A stretch of DNA of 64,000 nucleotides from Planctomycetota bacterium (GTDB lineage: Bacteria > Planctomycetota > Brocadiia > SM23-32 > JAKLEA01): positions 325,214 to 389,213 of the forward strand of contig JAKLEA010000002.1 in NCBI GenBank assembly GCA_022711755.1, read 5' to 3'. Numbering within the stretch: the stretch's first letter is position 1; every line of letters starts with the position of its first letter. Positions 9,957-19,702 of the stretch are shown here, one piece after another. A program made the position numbers and the translations under genes. The notes under the pieces were generated by a model. It had not been told where the DNA came from. It saw only the letters and a program-made list of their open reading frames with translations, and searched no databases.

Positions 9957-12575
9957 CTATTTTGTGGCGGGTGTCACGCCGAGACGGTTAGCTAGTTCCT
10001 GAGCCTCCGGCAGCCATTTGTCCGTCGCCCCGGCCTTCCGAATGGCTATTGAGACATAGCGTCCTGCCCTGTCTGGGCGGTCGCGTTTTTCGCTGATTGC
10101 GGCCCAGTGAAAAGCGGTTTCGGCATTCTGCCAGAGATAGGACTTGTGGCGTCCCATGTGTGCCTCAGCCAGCCGGAACTTGCCCCTGCGGTAATATACC
10201 CACGCCAGCGTGTCGTCAAAGACGAAGAGCGGGCTGTCAGGGCTGGCCGGGGCATCGCCGAGCGCATCCACCGCATGGCGCGCAAGATCCTCCGCCTCGT
10301 CGAGGTCCTTGCCGGCAGCCAGCATGTAATGCGCCAGATTGTTTCGGAAGGTCCATTCTGAGGGAAAGTCGGTTATGGCCTTTGAGGCGATCCGCGCAGC
10401 CTCCTCGGGATTGCCTCTGCGCGCTTCGATTTCCGCCAGCGCGATGGCCAGTTGCGCGGCCTTGTCCTTTCCGGTGATGAATTCGCGCAATTTCTTCTCT
10501 GCAAGATCGCAGTCCCCCTTGTCCATGATGTATCCGACAAGGGTCATTTGCGCCGGTTCAAAGTCAGGCCACTTCGCCAGCGCCTGCTCAAGTTCGGTGA
10601 TTGCCTCGTCATAACGTCCCAGTTTGGCCATACAGTCGCAGATGAGGAGCGTCATCTGCTGATCAATCTCCCTGCCAGCCTCCGGGTTGATGGTCTGTTG
10701 TGGCGGCAGTCCGGCGGTGGTCTCGCCGGATGTTTTTAATTCTAATGGCTGCGAGGGCTGTGTTTCCCCGCCTACTGCGGGGGATTCCTTTTTTACGGCG
10801 GCTTCTGCGGCGGCTAGCTTGTCGCGCCCGATCTGGCGGGCCTTTATCCCCGCGGCGAGCGCTCTCTCCGTCAGTCCTATCTGCGAAAGAAGTCCCGGTA
10901 GGTTCATATCCGCCGCTTCGTTCATGTCCTGGATGCCCATCGCCGTCATGATGCAGGCGCGGGCGGCCTGCTCCGCCTCGTTCTCCTGGCCCATCGCCGC
11001 GCGGGCAAGCGCCATGTTCAGGTAATAATCGCTGACGTCCGGCCTGTCCCGCAGCGCGTTCTGGAACTGGAGAGCCGCCTCCTCGAAAAGCCCCTCGCGG
11101 ATGAGGTTTGTGCCGTAGTTGTTATAGGAAATCTCGTTCGGATTATTCCGAACCTCGGCCGCCCAGAGGGTCAGTGCGTCATTCCAGACCGGGAGCCGCG
11201 CCCTTGCGCCGGAGAAAAGCGCAATCGCAATCGGCGCCACCAGCAGCCACGACGCCGCTCCCGCAACGATTTTTCGGTCTTGAATCTGAATGACGCAATA
11301 CTGAATGCCCATTGCCACCGCTGCGGCGATTCCAATGCTGGGCAGGTAAGTGTATCGGTCCGCGTAAGGCCGCGCCGTCGGGATCAACTGGCTCATCGGC
11401 AGGAAGGCGATGGCGAAGAAACAGAGCGCGAAGGACGCCCATGTGAAGCGGTCGAAGAATATGACCAGAAGCGCGCCCAGGACAATGCAGCCCAGGAAAC
11501 CGACCGTGAAGGGCGTGTTGGCAAGCGTCACTGGTTGCTCAAGCAGGTAGACGGTTGAAAGGCCTGATGGCCAGAACAACTTCTCCAGATGAAAGATGAA
11601 GCTGCGCGCGGCCACAAGTATGTTTCTGCCCAGGTCGAAGGAGTTGGTCTGATCAACCGCGCCGATGCCCTTCTGAGAACGTATCATCACCAGCCCGGCC
11701 GCCGCTGAAAGGGCGAGCATTGGCGCAATCTCGACGAGGATGGCCTTCGCGTATTTCCAGAACCGGTCGAAGTCCCCGCTTTTGCCCTTCTCCGGCGCGA
11801 CAGGCCATGCGCGGCGGAAAAGCTCGATCAGCGCTATGACGAGCGGCCAAGTGCTTACCGTCGCCTTCGCGCCAAGCGCGAGTGCGAATAACACGACTCC
11901 GGCAATGTAGACCGGCAACCTGAACATGCGGAACGCCCGGCCGGACGGATTGTCAAGTTCGACGGCGCCGGAAGCGTCCGCCGCGCGAAGCCAGCACAGG
12001 CACGCCGCAAGCGCAAACGCGCCGCTGAGACAGTCCTTCAACTGCGGTATCCATGCGACGGATTCGACCCGCAGCGGGTGAATCGCCCATATAAACCCGG
12101 CGATAACTGCCGCCGGCGGTCCGGCCCCGAGCCTTCGACAGATGATTATCACCATGACTGCGTTGGCGCAGTGCAGGAGGATGTTAAGCCCATGGAATCC
12201 GCCGGGATTCAGCCCCCATATCGCGTGTCCGGCGCGGAAGGCATTCCAGAGCACTGGAGCATAATAACCTTGATACGGCCCGCGGAAACTCTCGATGACC
12301 CAACCGACCCCGGGGGCGGTAACACGCGGATTGAAAAGAACGAAGACCTGGTCATCCCAGTCCGCGTAGTCATAACCCAGCGCAGGGATGAACAGAGCCA
12401 GCGTTGCGGCAATGACCAGCAAAGCTCCGGCGCGCGTCAGCCTTTCCGTTTTCAACGGGCACTGAAGGCCGGAAAGAACATTCCTGTCTTCGGCCATATC
12501 CCCTTCCTTGAACGCGGTTTGTGGAATCTGCCTCGGATGAGCGGCTGAGACATCATTGCCGATGGGAAGGCTCAA
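9957..12575 (-). CDS. Membrane GT-C-like (PMT/TMTC-like) domain fused to TPR repeats (paralog)
   Basis: Same architecture and shared motifs (YADWDDQVF..., LIPTARPYADRYTYLPSI). Extra low-complexity linker present. Confidence 0.55.
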   Translation of the reverse strand: MSLPIGNDVSAAHPRQIPQTAFKEGDMAEDRNVLSGLQCPLKTERLTRAGALLVIAATLALFIPALGYDYADWDDQVFVLFNPRVTAPGVGWVIESFRGPYQGYYAPVLWNAFRAGHAIWGLNPGGFHGLNILLHCANAVMVIIICRRLGAGPPAAVIAGFIWAIHPLRVESVAWIPQLKDCLSGAFALAACLCWLRAADASGAVELDNPSGRAFRMFRLPVYIAGVVLFALALGAKATVSTWPLVIALIELFRRAWPVAPEKGKSGDFDRFWKYAKAILVEIAPMLALSAAAGLVMIRSQKGIGAVDQTNSFDLGRNILVAARSFIFHLEKLFWPSGLSTVYLLEQPVTLANTPFTVGFLGCIVLGALLVIFFDRFTWASFALCFFAIAFLPMSQLIPTARPYADRYTYLPSIGIAAAVAMGIQYCVIQIQDRKIVAGAASWLLVAPIAIALFSGARARLPVWNDALTLWAAEVRNNPNEISYNNYGTNLIREGLFEEAALQFQNALRDRPDVSDYYLNMALARAAMGQENEAEQAARACIMTAMGIQDMNEAADMNLPGLLSQIGLTERALAAGIKARQIGRDKLAAAEAAVKKESPAVGGETQPSQPLELKTSGETTAGLPPQQTINPEAGREIDQQMTLLICDCMAKLGRYDEAITELEQALAKWPDFEPAQMTLVGYIMDKGDCDLAEKKLREFITGKDKAAQLAIALAEIEARRGNPEEAARIASKAITDFPSEWTFRNNLAHYMLAAGKDLDEAEDLARHAVDALGDAPASPDSPLFVFDDTLAWVYYRRGKFRLAEAHMGRHKSYLWQNAETAFHWAAISEKRDRPDRAGRYVSIAIRKAGATDKWLPEAQELANRLGVTPATK

Positions 12576-12779
12576 GTCAACCGTCTGAGTCAGTCTATCC
12601 GGTCATGCACCGGCGATGACATTCTCAGGTTGACCGGCTTCAAGCTGACATCGCAGCCCAGGGAGGATGCGGGATGTTGTTGGCTCATGTTGACTGATTG
12701 CGGGCTTTCGCCCCTGCGAGCCTGATTAACGCTGTTGCGGGATCGCATAGGGGCAAACATCTCGATGTAAAATGTCTCG

Positions 12780-12809
12780 TTGACAGGACGTTGGTTCATG
12801 GAGTAAATA
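12780..12809 (+). promoter_or_regulatory. Putative promoter for tRNA-Arg (TTGACA, 18-nt spacer, TAAATA)
   Basis: -10 element ends 7 nt before the tRNA 5' end. Confidence 0.4.
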
Positions 12810-12816
12810 GGTTGAC

Positions 12817-12893
12817 GCGCCCGTAGCTCAATTGGACAGAGTAGTGGACTTCGAATCCAAGGGTTGCGAGTTCGAGTCTCGCCGGGCGCGCCA
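12817..12893 (+). tRNA. tRNA-Arg (anticodon TCG)
   Basis: 77-nt cloverleaf. 7-bp acceptor stem GCGCCCG/CGGGCGC. Anticodon loop CTTCGAA with U33 and A37. T-arm GGTTCGAGTC. Encoded CCA. Confidence 0.8.
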
Positions 12894-13144
12894 CTCCTCC
12901 CCCGCGCAAATCGCCGTTTCTCAGCATTTTTACATCAGTCATATCTAAGCCGGTTTCTTTTTTTACTTTCTTATCTCTCATTTATGCGCTGATATATATC
13001 TCAGGAATAGCGACGGGCTTCCAAATGGATGAAATGAGGATGACGATTGATGAAAGCCAATGACATGATATCGCAGCGATGTTATCATTGCGAACCGGGC
13101 ATTCGAAGCGTGTTGTGCTTGCGGCTGGCCTTTGATGATTCGGG

Positions 13145-14191
13145 ATGATGGAAGGGAACAGCATGGCCGGGTCAGGACTGATTGTCTCAAACGAGCAGGT
13201 TCAATCGCTCAGCTTTCTGGATTTTCTCCGCGGTGGCATTCACGATTGGACGGTTTCACTATTCGATTCTGAAACCGGCGGATTCCGGCAGAGCGCACAG
13301 ATCGGCGTGAATATCATGACCAGCACCGACGTGGCATGGATGCGCTACGCCGCCAGCGATCCGGACATCGGGGCGCCGGATCGAGAAAGGTTCATCGGCT
13401 ACCTTGCGCGCGCGCAGGACCCGGCAACCGGGATGGTGCGGCATGATCGCGGACCTGCCGGGCAGGGGCACTGCGACGGTCACGCCTTCTGGCAGACCGC
13501 CCGGGCGCTGGGCATCCTGGGGGGGCAACTGAAGCGTTTTCCAGTCCACCTCGCGCAGGTTCTGACCCCGTCGGGGCTGGATGCGTGGTTTCGGGGATTC
13601 GACTGGACGGCTTCTGGGAATGGGAATCATCATGAGGTTCTCGGACTGGTTCCCGTGCTGGCCGGCATGAATAATCCGGAATGGACGGACGTGTTCTACC
13701 AGAACATCGGCAGTCAGCAGGACGACGCGAGCGGCTGCTGGCCTCAGGGGGGGGCCATTAATATCAGCCGGACGTTCGCCTACACGGCGCTGCACATGGC
13801 CGGGGGACGGTTGCCGCGCCGGCCGGAAAAGATTCTTTGCGCAATGCTGACGATGCAGACGGAGAACGGCATCTGGGACAATGGCATGCCGGGCTTTCAC
13901 ACCATGGACGCCATCTTCCTTCTCGCGCGACTGCCGGGACTCATCAATTCACGAGAGAAGGAGGCGCGGGATGCCCTCCGGCTGACGGCGGATCGGATAC
14001 GGGACATATTCGCCGCCTTCCAGCCTCAGCTTATGGACAATCCCCACAAGATGCTTGCGATGACTCACGGGCTGGGGCTGCTGCAGGAAACTTTTCCTGA
14101 GAAATTCCCATCCAGCATCCCGTTCCGTTTCGACTGGGACAGGATGGAGTTCTACAAGCACCGTGTCATTCAGGAAGCGGCTGCGTCATGA
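13145..14191 (+). CDS. Prenyltransferase/squalene-oxidase (PFTB-like) repeat protein, alpha/alpha-toroid fold
   Basis: Four repeats of the GGF/GGA...TY-AL pattern (SETGGFRQSAQIGVNIMTSTDVAWMRY, QDPATGMV..., QQDDASGCWPQGGAINISRTFAYTALHM, QTENGIWDNG...). Confidence 0.45.
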   Translation: MMEGNSMAGSGLIVSNEQVQSLSFLDFLRGGIHDWTVSLFDSETGGFRQSAQIGVNIMTSTDVAWMRYAASDPDIGAPDRERFIGYLARAQDPATGMVRHDRGPAGQGHCDGHAFWQTARALGILGGQLKRFPVHLAQVLTPSGLDAWFRGFDWTASGNGNHHEVLGLVPVLAGMNNPEWTDVFYQNIGSQQDDASGCWPQGGAINISRTFAYTALHMAGGRLPRRPEKILCAMLTMQTENGIWDNGMPGFHTMDAIFLLARLPGLINSREKEARDALRLTADRIRDIFAAFQPQLMDNPHKMLAMTHGLGLLQETFPEKFPSSIPFRFDWDRMEFYKHRVIQEAAAS

Positions 14192-15496
14192 CGCTGCGAC
14201 GATTATCGCGCCGACTGAGACCCCGCCTGCTCCGCAGATGGCCATGACCGCCGATTCCTTTCCGGACAGCTTCAACTCGTTGGCCATTGTGATGACCATG
14301 CGCGCCCCCGTTGCGCCGAACGGATGCCCCAGGGCGATCGAGCCGCCGTGGATGTTTATCTGCTCCGGCAGAATCTCGCCGACCGCTTTGCTCAGGCCCA
14401 GCCGTTCCTGGGCGAACTTGTCGTTGCCCAGCATTTTCAGGATGCTGAGCACCTGCGCGGCGAAGGCCTCGTGAATGTCAATGACGCCGATATCCTTCAG
14501 TGTCATTCCAGCTTTCTTCAAGGCTCGCGGTATGGAAAAGGCCGGCCCCATCAGCATCTGGTCCCAGGGATCAACTGCGTCGAATGACCAGCTTCTGAAC
14601 TCCGCAAGGGGCGCGAGGCCGAGGGCTTTGGCCTTTTCCCTGGACATGAGCAGCACCGCGGCGGATCCGTCCGTCAGCGGGCTGGAGTTGCCGGCTGTCA
14701 GCGTTCCGCCCTTCTTGAACGCCGGTTTGAGTTTTGCGAGCTTCTCAAGGCTGGTGTCTGCGCGGACGAGATTGTCCGCCGAAACGACCTTGCCCTTCGT
14801 GTTGACAACGGAGCAGACTTCCTGCGCAAGCCGTCCGTTCCTTATGGATTCGGCGGCGCGTTGATGGGACTGTAGCGCCAGCGCGTCCTGGGCCTCGCGC
14901 GTTATACCGTTGCGTCCCGCCATTTTTTCCGCCGATTCGCCCATCAACTCCTTCGTCGAGCGTTCGCGCACGCTGGGTCTCTGCGGCATCAGGTCCTTGC
15001 GGATTTTCATGCGGGCAGCCAGTTTCAGGTAGTCCATCGGGCCTGACTTGGAACTCATCGTCACGGGGGCTGTCTTGTGGACGAAGCTCTGCGGCATCTT
15101 TACCTCGGCGTTGCTGGTCGAATCGCTGCCGCCGGCGATCATGACGTCCGCGTCGCCCCGCTCAATGGCTTCGACCGCCATAGCGATGGCCTTCATGCCG
15201 GAGGTGCATGCCCGCGTTACGGTTGTCGCCTCAACTTCTCGTGGAAGTCCCGAGTCAAGGGTGATCTCCCTGCCGATGTTGGCGGACTGGCCGGGGAGTA
15301 TGACTCCCCCCCAGACGACTCCGTTGATCTCCTTCTTGTCAATCGGGAACTTTTCCAGCAGCTTTTGCACGTTTGCCGCGCCGAGGGCGATTGTGTCCAT
15401 CAGCATGAAATCGCCGAAGGCCCTGAGGAACGGCGTGCGCACGCCGCCGATTATCACTGCGCGGGAATTTCCCCTGCCGTTTGTCGCGTTATCCAC
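14186..15496 (-). CDS. Acetyl-CoA C-acyltransferase (thiolase; FadA2-like)
   Basis: N-terminus VIIGGVRTPF, catalytic Cys region VTRACTSGMKAI, C-terminus NIHGGSIALGHPFGATGARM and CGAGG. Confidence 0.85.
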   Translation of the reverse strand: MDNATNGRGNSRAVIIGGVRTPFLRAFGDFMLMDTIALGAANVQKLLEKFPIDKKEINGVVWGGVILPGQSANIGREITLDSGLPREVEATTVTRACTSGMKAIAMAVEAIERGDADVMIAGGSDSTSNAEVKMPQSFVHKTAPVTMSSKSGPMDYLKLAARMKIRKDLMPQRPSVRERSTKELMGESAEKMAGRNGITREAQDALALQSHQRAAESIRNGRLAQEVCSVVNTKGKVVSADNLVRADTSLEKLAKLKPAFKKGGTLTAGNSSPLTDGSAAVLLMSREKAKALGLAPLAEFRSWSFDAVDPWDQMLMGPAFSIPRALKKAGMTLKDIGVIDIHEAFAAQVLSILKMLGNDKFAQERLGLSKAVGEILPEQINIHGGSIALGHPFGATGARMVITMANELKLSGKESAVMAICGAGGVSVGAIIVAAS

Positions 15497-15523
15497 GTGT
15501 AAGTTCCTTCCTGTTGAGTGTGA

Positions 15524-16960
15524 CTATGCCCCGACGAAGCTGCCGCCGCAGACCCGCAGAATCTGCCCGGTATGCCCGACGGCCCCCGGACTGGACAGGT
15601 AGACGGCCGTCTCCGCCACGTCCGAAGGCAGGCCGCCCTGGGAAAGATTGCAGAGGCGGCGCGCAACCTCCCGCGTCATCAGCGGAATCGCCGCCGTCAG
15701 CCGCGTCTCGATGAATCCCGGAGCCATGGCGTTGACGGTTATGCCCTTCGGCGCCAGCTCTTTTGACAATGCCTGCACGTAACCGATGATTCCGGCCTTG
15801 CTGGCGGAATAGTTCGTCTGGCCGAAGTTGCCGGCGATGCCTGCTATTGATGACAGACAGACGATGCGCCCGCCTTCGCGGATTTGCCCGATCAGTTTTT
15901 CGTTGACGCGGATCACGGAGAGGAGGTTGACGCCCAGCGCCTGATCCCACAGCTTGTCATCCATCTTGCCCAACGTCTTGTCCCGCGTTATTCCGGCGTT
16001 GTGGATCGCTATGTCGAGTCCGCCGAATTTCTCCGCGACGAGGTTGCAGACGGCGTCCGGGGCGTCCGGCGCTGTGATGTCGCACATCAGGGGAACGCCC
16101 CCCAGCCTTGCGGCCAGTTGTTTAAGCGCCTCCTCGTCCTTCGGCAGGTCCATCACGATGACCTTCGCCCCTTCCCGCGCCATTGCGGCGGCAGTCTCGG
16201 CGCCGATTCCGCGCGCCGCGCCGGTCACCAGCGCAATCTTCCCCTCCAGAGGTTTCGTGAACAGCGGTTTTGCCGATGGGGATGGAACCGCAGAGGAAAC
16301 GTGGATGGGCTGGCCTGAGATGTAGGCCGAGCGCGTGGACAGGAAGAACCGCAGAACGGCCTCAAGGCGCTCGTCCGCGTCGGCGTCAACCGTTATAAGG
16401 TTGGCGGTGGAGCCTTTCTTGCCGACTTCCCGGCCCATGCTTCTGGTGAATCCCTGAAGGCCGCGCGCGGCGGCTGCCTCGCCGGCTGAGGAGATTGCCG
16501 AAGGCGGGCGGGTGATGACAATTATGCGCCCGCAGGACCTCAACTGCCTGATGCAGGAATGGAAGAACCGGTACGCAATCTTCATGTCATCCGCAGTCTC
16601 AAAGCCTGTGGCGTCGAAGACCAGCCCATGCGGGCGCAGGCTTTCCGGGCATCCGCTTTCGGGCAGTGCGATGGGTTTGCGGCTCCATGCCTCTCCGAGT
16701 CCGGCGTAGACCTCGGCGGGCTGATTCTCCCCGGCCAGCCAGATTTCCGCGCCGGCGGAGATCAGCGTTCCGGCCATGACGGAGGCCAGCGCGCCGCCCT
16801 TGCCGTGGCAGACGATCACGGGCAGATCGTTCACCGGGCGGTCTTCCCACGGGCCTTTGGCCCGCTTCAGAATCGGCGGCATGGGAACCGGCAATCCGAG
16901 CTTCGTTATCAGTTTTTTTGCGGCTGGGTTGCCGCTCAGATTCAGAAAGAAGTCGCTCAA
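15524..16960 (-). CDS. High-molecular-weight FabG-type SDR oxidoreductase (FabG4-like: N-terminal non-catalytic Rossmann-like domain plus C-terminal ketoreductase)
   Basis: C-terminal SDR motifs TGAARGIGAETA, NAGI, YSASKAGIIG preceded by an N-terminal extension of about 230 aa. Sits between a thiolase and a MaoC hydratase. Confidence 0.7.
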   Translation of the reverse strand: MSDFFLNLSGNPAAKKLITKLGLPVPMPPILKRAKGPWEDRPVNDLPVIVCHGKGGALASVMAGTLISAGAEIWLAGENQPAEVYAGLGEAWSRKPIALPESGCPESLRPHGLVFDATGFETADDMKIAYRFFHSCIRQLRSCGRIIVITRPPSAISSAGEAAAARGLQGFTRSMGREVGKKGSTANLITVDADADERLEAVLRFFLSTRSAYISGQPIHVSSAVPSPSAKPLFTKPLEGKIALVTGAARGIGAETAAAMAREGAKVIVMDLPKDEEALKQLAARLGGVPLMCDITAPDAPDAVCNLVAEKFGGLDIAIHNAGITRDKTLGKMDDKLWDQALGVNLLSVIRVNEKLIGQIREGGRIVCLSSIAGIAGNFGQTNYSASKAGIIGYVQALSKELAPKGITVNAMAPGFIETRLTAAIPLMTREVARRLCNLSQGGLPSDVAETAVYLSSPGAVGHTGQILRVCGGSFVGA

Positions 16961-16962
16961 GA

Positions 16963-17994
16963 CTATTCTCCTTCAACTGTCTCGTATGAACCGACCAGAC
17001 TGGCCGGCTCTCCGCTGGCCGCGCCAACGAAAAAGCCCCCGTCGGCGTCAACAAAAACTCCGGTCTCCCCGGGAATCACAAGAGGGGCGGTGAAGCGCGC
17101 CTCGATGCGCGCAAGCCTGCCGGGATTGCCGGAGAAGAGATGGCGGTTCATTGACTCCACGGCCCGCGCGACCTGCGCGAATCCGTGCAGGATGACGCCC
17201 CTGTGTCCGCCGAAGGCGCGGGCGTACGCGCGGCTCCAGTGCATCGGGTTGAAGTCGCCCGTCACGTATGCGAACTCCAGCCCGCTCCTGCCGGACAGTC
17301 TCCACCGCGCGATCTCCCGCGCATTTTCGGGAACCTTCGGCTTCTCTTTCTTCGGCTTGTCCTTGTTCCCGCCGGACTTTCTGCCGGTTTTGAGAGGCAC
17401 CAGCGTGCTGACGTATCCGACGACGGCCTCCGGAGCGCTTCGGGTTCCGGTCACGACGCGCTGCCTGATTATCGCCCGCTCGCCGTTGTCGTCAACGCTT
17501 TCCAGGCAGGCGCTGAGAACAAGGCGTTCTCCGGCGGGGAGGGGGCGGTTCATCCGGATTTCGCACCCCACGTTGATCACCCGGCTGATGTCGTAAGACT
17601 GGCCGTCGAGCGTACGGAAAAGAATCGGGAACCCCCACTGCGGGAACATGTGTGCGGGGACGACGCCGGCGTACCAGGACTGATCGCCGCCGACGTGGAG
17701 GATGTAATCCCGCACAAGGCGGGGATTTCTGGGCGGCAGTTCATCTTCAAGGATTGGGCCGGGAATGCGCGGGCTTCCTGAAGATTTTCCACGCCCCGGC
17801 AGCGCCTTCAAGCAGGCAACCTTCAGGACCGTGCGAATCACGGGGCCTTGACGCAGCACATGTCGCAACGGGGCGGTCATTCGACTGCTCTCCCAAACCG
17901 GTCTTCTACGCCACGACTCTTTCGGCGGCACATCATACAACCGGCGGGCCGGGTTTGTATATAAGGATGCGCGCATCGAAAGCGGAGCGGACAA
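16963..17994 (-). CDS. MaoC-like (R)-specific enoyl-CoA hydratase/dehydratase, double hot-dog (HtdX-like)
   Basis: Motif GDFNPMHWSRAYARAFGG (D-x-N-P-x-H) and double hot-dog length. Confidence 0.65.
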   Translation of the reverse strand: MSAPLSMRASLYTNPARRLYDVPPKESWRRRPVWESSRMTAPLRHVLRQGPVIRTVLKVACLKALPGRGKSSGSPRIPGPILEDELPPRNPRLVRDYILHVGGDQSWYAGVVPAHMFPQWGFPILFRTLDGQSYDISRVINVGCEIRMNRPLPAGERLVLSACLESVDDNGERAIIRQRVVTGTRSAPEAVVGYVSTLVPLKTGRKSGGNKDKPKKEKPKVPENAREIARWRLSGRSGLEFAYVTGDFNPMHWSRAYARAFGGHRGVILHGFAQVARAVESMNRHLFSGNPGRLARIEARFTAPLVIPGETGVFVDADGGFFVGAASGEPASLVGSYETVEGE

Positions 17995-18009
17995 TCGGCG
18001 CGATGCTTT

Positions 18010-19248
18010 TCATGCTTTCGGCAGCCAGCGCGGATGGTCGGCGCCTTTGGCGTCAAGTCCCCTCGACAGCATGCGCTGGGAGCCGCCGTCGGCGTTCATC
18101 GCCCAGAGCGCAGGGGCTTCGCCGGTTCCGCATCGGCAGAAGGCGATCATCCGTCCGTCCGGGGATTCGCAGCATCGGAAATCCCACACGGGCGGATCGG
18201 AGACCGTCAGGGCGGTTACCGCCCCCGTTTCCGGATTCATGCGGCAGATTTGTGTTCCGCCGCGCGCAAGCTCCGGCTTGTAGTCGCGGTTGAAATGGTC
18301 CGTATCGGGGCGGTGCGGCTGGAATTCCCATGCAACCTTTGAGCCGGGCAGCCTTCGCGGGAAAAGTATCTGCCCGTCATGCGTCCATGACGGCACATTG
18401 GACCCGCCGCCGCGGGTCTGCTCATTTCCATATGTGGCCCCGAACCACATGGCCTGCCCCTCGGTCAGGACGCGATGCCCGGTCCCGTCCGCGCGGCCGA
18501 TGCATACGTCTGCCCAGTCATGCCCCGGATCGCTCCCTTCGAGGCAGTCAACGTAGAGTATCCATTTTCCGTCCGGGGACCAGCATGTTCCGAAGAAGAG
18601 GTGTCCCGGCGCGGCGGCCACGCGAATGCGGTCGCCGCCCTGCGCGTCGCTGGTCCAGACCTGGTAGCCTTCCGGGCCGGCCAGGTGGAACGCCACGCGC
18701 TTTCCGTCCGGGCTGAGGCTGAGTCCGTAGGGCATGCCCTCGCCGGCGCGGGTGAATTCCCGGGCGTCCGTGCCGTCCAGATTCATGCTGTATATCTGGC
18801 CGACGCGATCCTTCACGACCTGAACGAGGATTCGTTGATCGCTCACGAGAAGGGCGGGGGTATAGAAGACGGCTATTCGCTCCTTGTCGGCGATTTCGGA
18901 GAGCGCGCCCGTTTCAAGGTCGTGAATCCAGATGTGGGTGGGGGTCTGGGTGTAGTATTCCTCGAAGGGGCGTCCGGGGCCGTCGCGGCGCGGTTCCATG
19001 CTCAGGAAGATAACGCGCCGTCCGTCGGAGAGGAACGGTCCGGGCTGCCAGGTCGCCTGATTCGGGACATTGAAATCGAAGGTTTTCAATCCCGATCCGT
19101 CCGCCCGGATCAGGCAGGTCTTGCCTGCTGACGTGAAGAAAAGGCGGGGGGCGGCGGTTGCTGCCCGGCGCGCGACGGGTCTCCGGCATGCCGATGCGGC
19201 CGAAAGGGAACTCATGGCCAGCCACGACAGGAATTCTCTTCTGTGCAT
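18010..19248 (-). CDS. TolB-like beta-propeller (PD40 repeat) protein with Tat-type signal
   Basis: MHRREFLSWLAMSSLSAASA twin-Arg signal. Repeated SPDG(K/R)xxaF blocks. ORF open from 19311. Confidence 0.55.
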   Translation of the reverse strand: MHRREFLSWLAMSSLSAASACRRPVARRAATAAPRLFFTSAGKTCLIRADGSGLKTFDFNVPNQATWQPGPFLSDGRRVIFLSMEPRRDGPGRPFEEYYTQTPTHIWIHDLETGALSEIADKERIAVFYTPALLVSDQRILVQVVKDRVGQIYSMNLDGTDAREFTRAGEGMPYGLSLSPDGKRVAFHLAGPEGYQVWTSDAQGGDRIRVAAAPGHLFFGTCWSPDGKWILYVDCLEGSDPGHDWADVCIGRADGTGHRVLTEGQAMWFGATYGNEQTRGGGSNVPSWTHDGQILFPRRLPGSKVAWEFQPHRPDTDHFNRDYKPELARGGTQICRMNPETGAVTALTVSDPPVWDFRCCESPDGRMIAFCRCGTGEAPALWAMNADGGSQRMLSRGLDAKGADHPRWLPKA

Positions 19249-19605
19249 GGCAGACAGGATAACCCTGCAAGATGAAAAATGGAATGCCCGGGTTAAAACT
19301 GTGCAGGCCAACTCAGGGCTTTGCGCGTTTTGAGATCATGCGAGTCAAGTTCTTTCTGTCCGCGTAATGGGTCACTGACGGGCTCGGGACTATGGAATGC
19401 GGCGGCACGACGCCGCTTTTTCCCGGCGAAGCATGATTCGCCGGGAGGCTCCGGGACGGTCAAGGATCGCGCCGTCATGCCGGCGCTCAGAAAAGCGCAG
19501 TCGTGCCTGCGCACTCCCAAAACCGACAGGTCCGCGCCGTTCAGTGACCCGTTACCTGTCCCCGGGATTTTCTTTGGCGATTTTACGGCGGTTCGCGCAA
19601 TGATA

Positions 19606-19634
19606 TTGATGATTAGTAAATAGTGTATTACAAT
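19606..19634 (+). promoter_or_regulatory. Sigma70-type promoter (TTGATG, 17-nt spacer, TACAAT) upstream of the 1662-aa hybrid kinase
   Basis: AT-rich island about 70 nt upstream of the GAGGAGG RBS and the start codon. Confidence 0.45.
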
Positions 19635-19702
19635 ACCTCAACATTGATGACGCCGCGACGACCGGCCGGCGGGGGCCTGCTCCGGCGACTGTTCAGAGGA
19701 GG

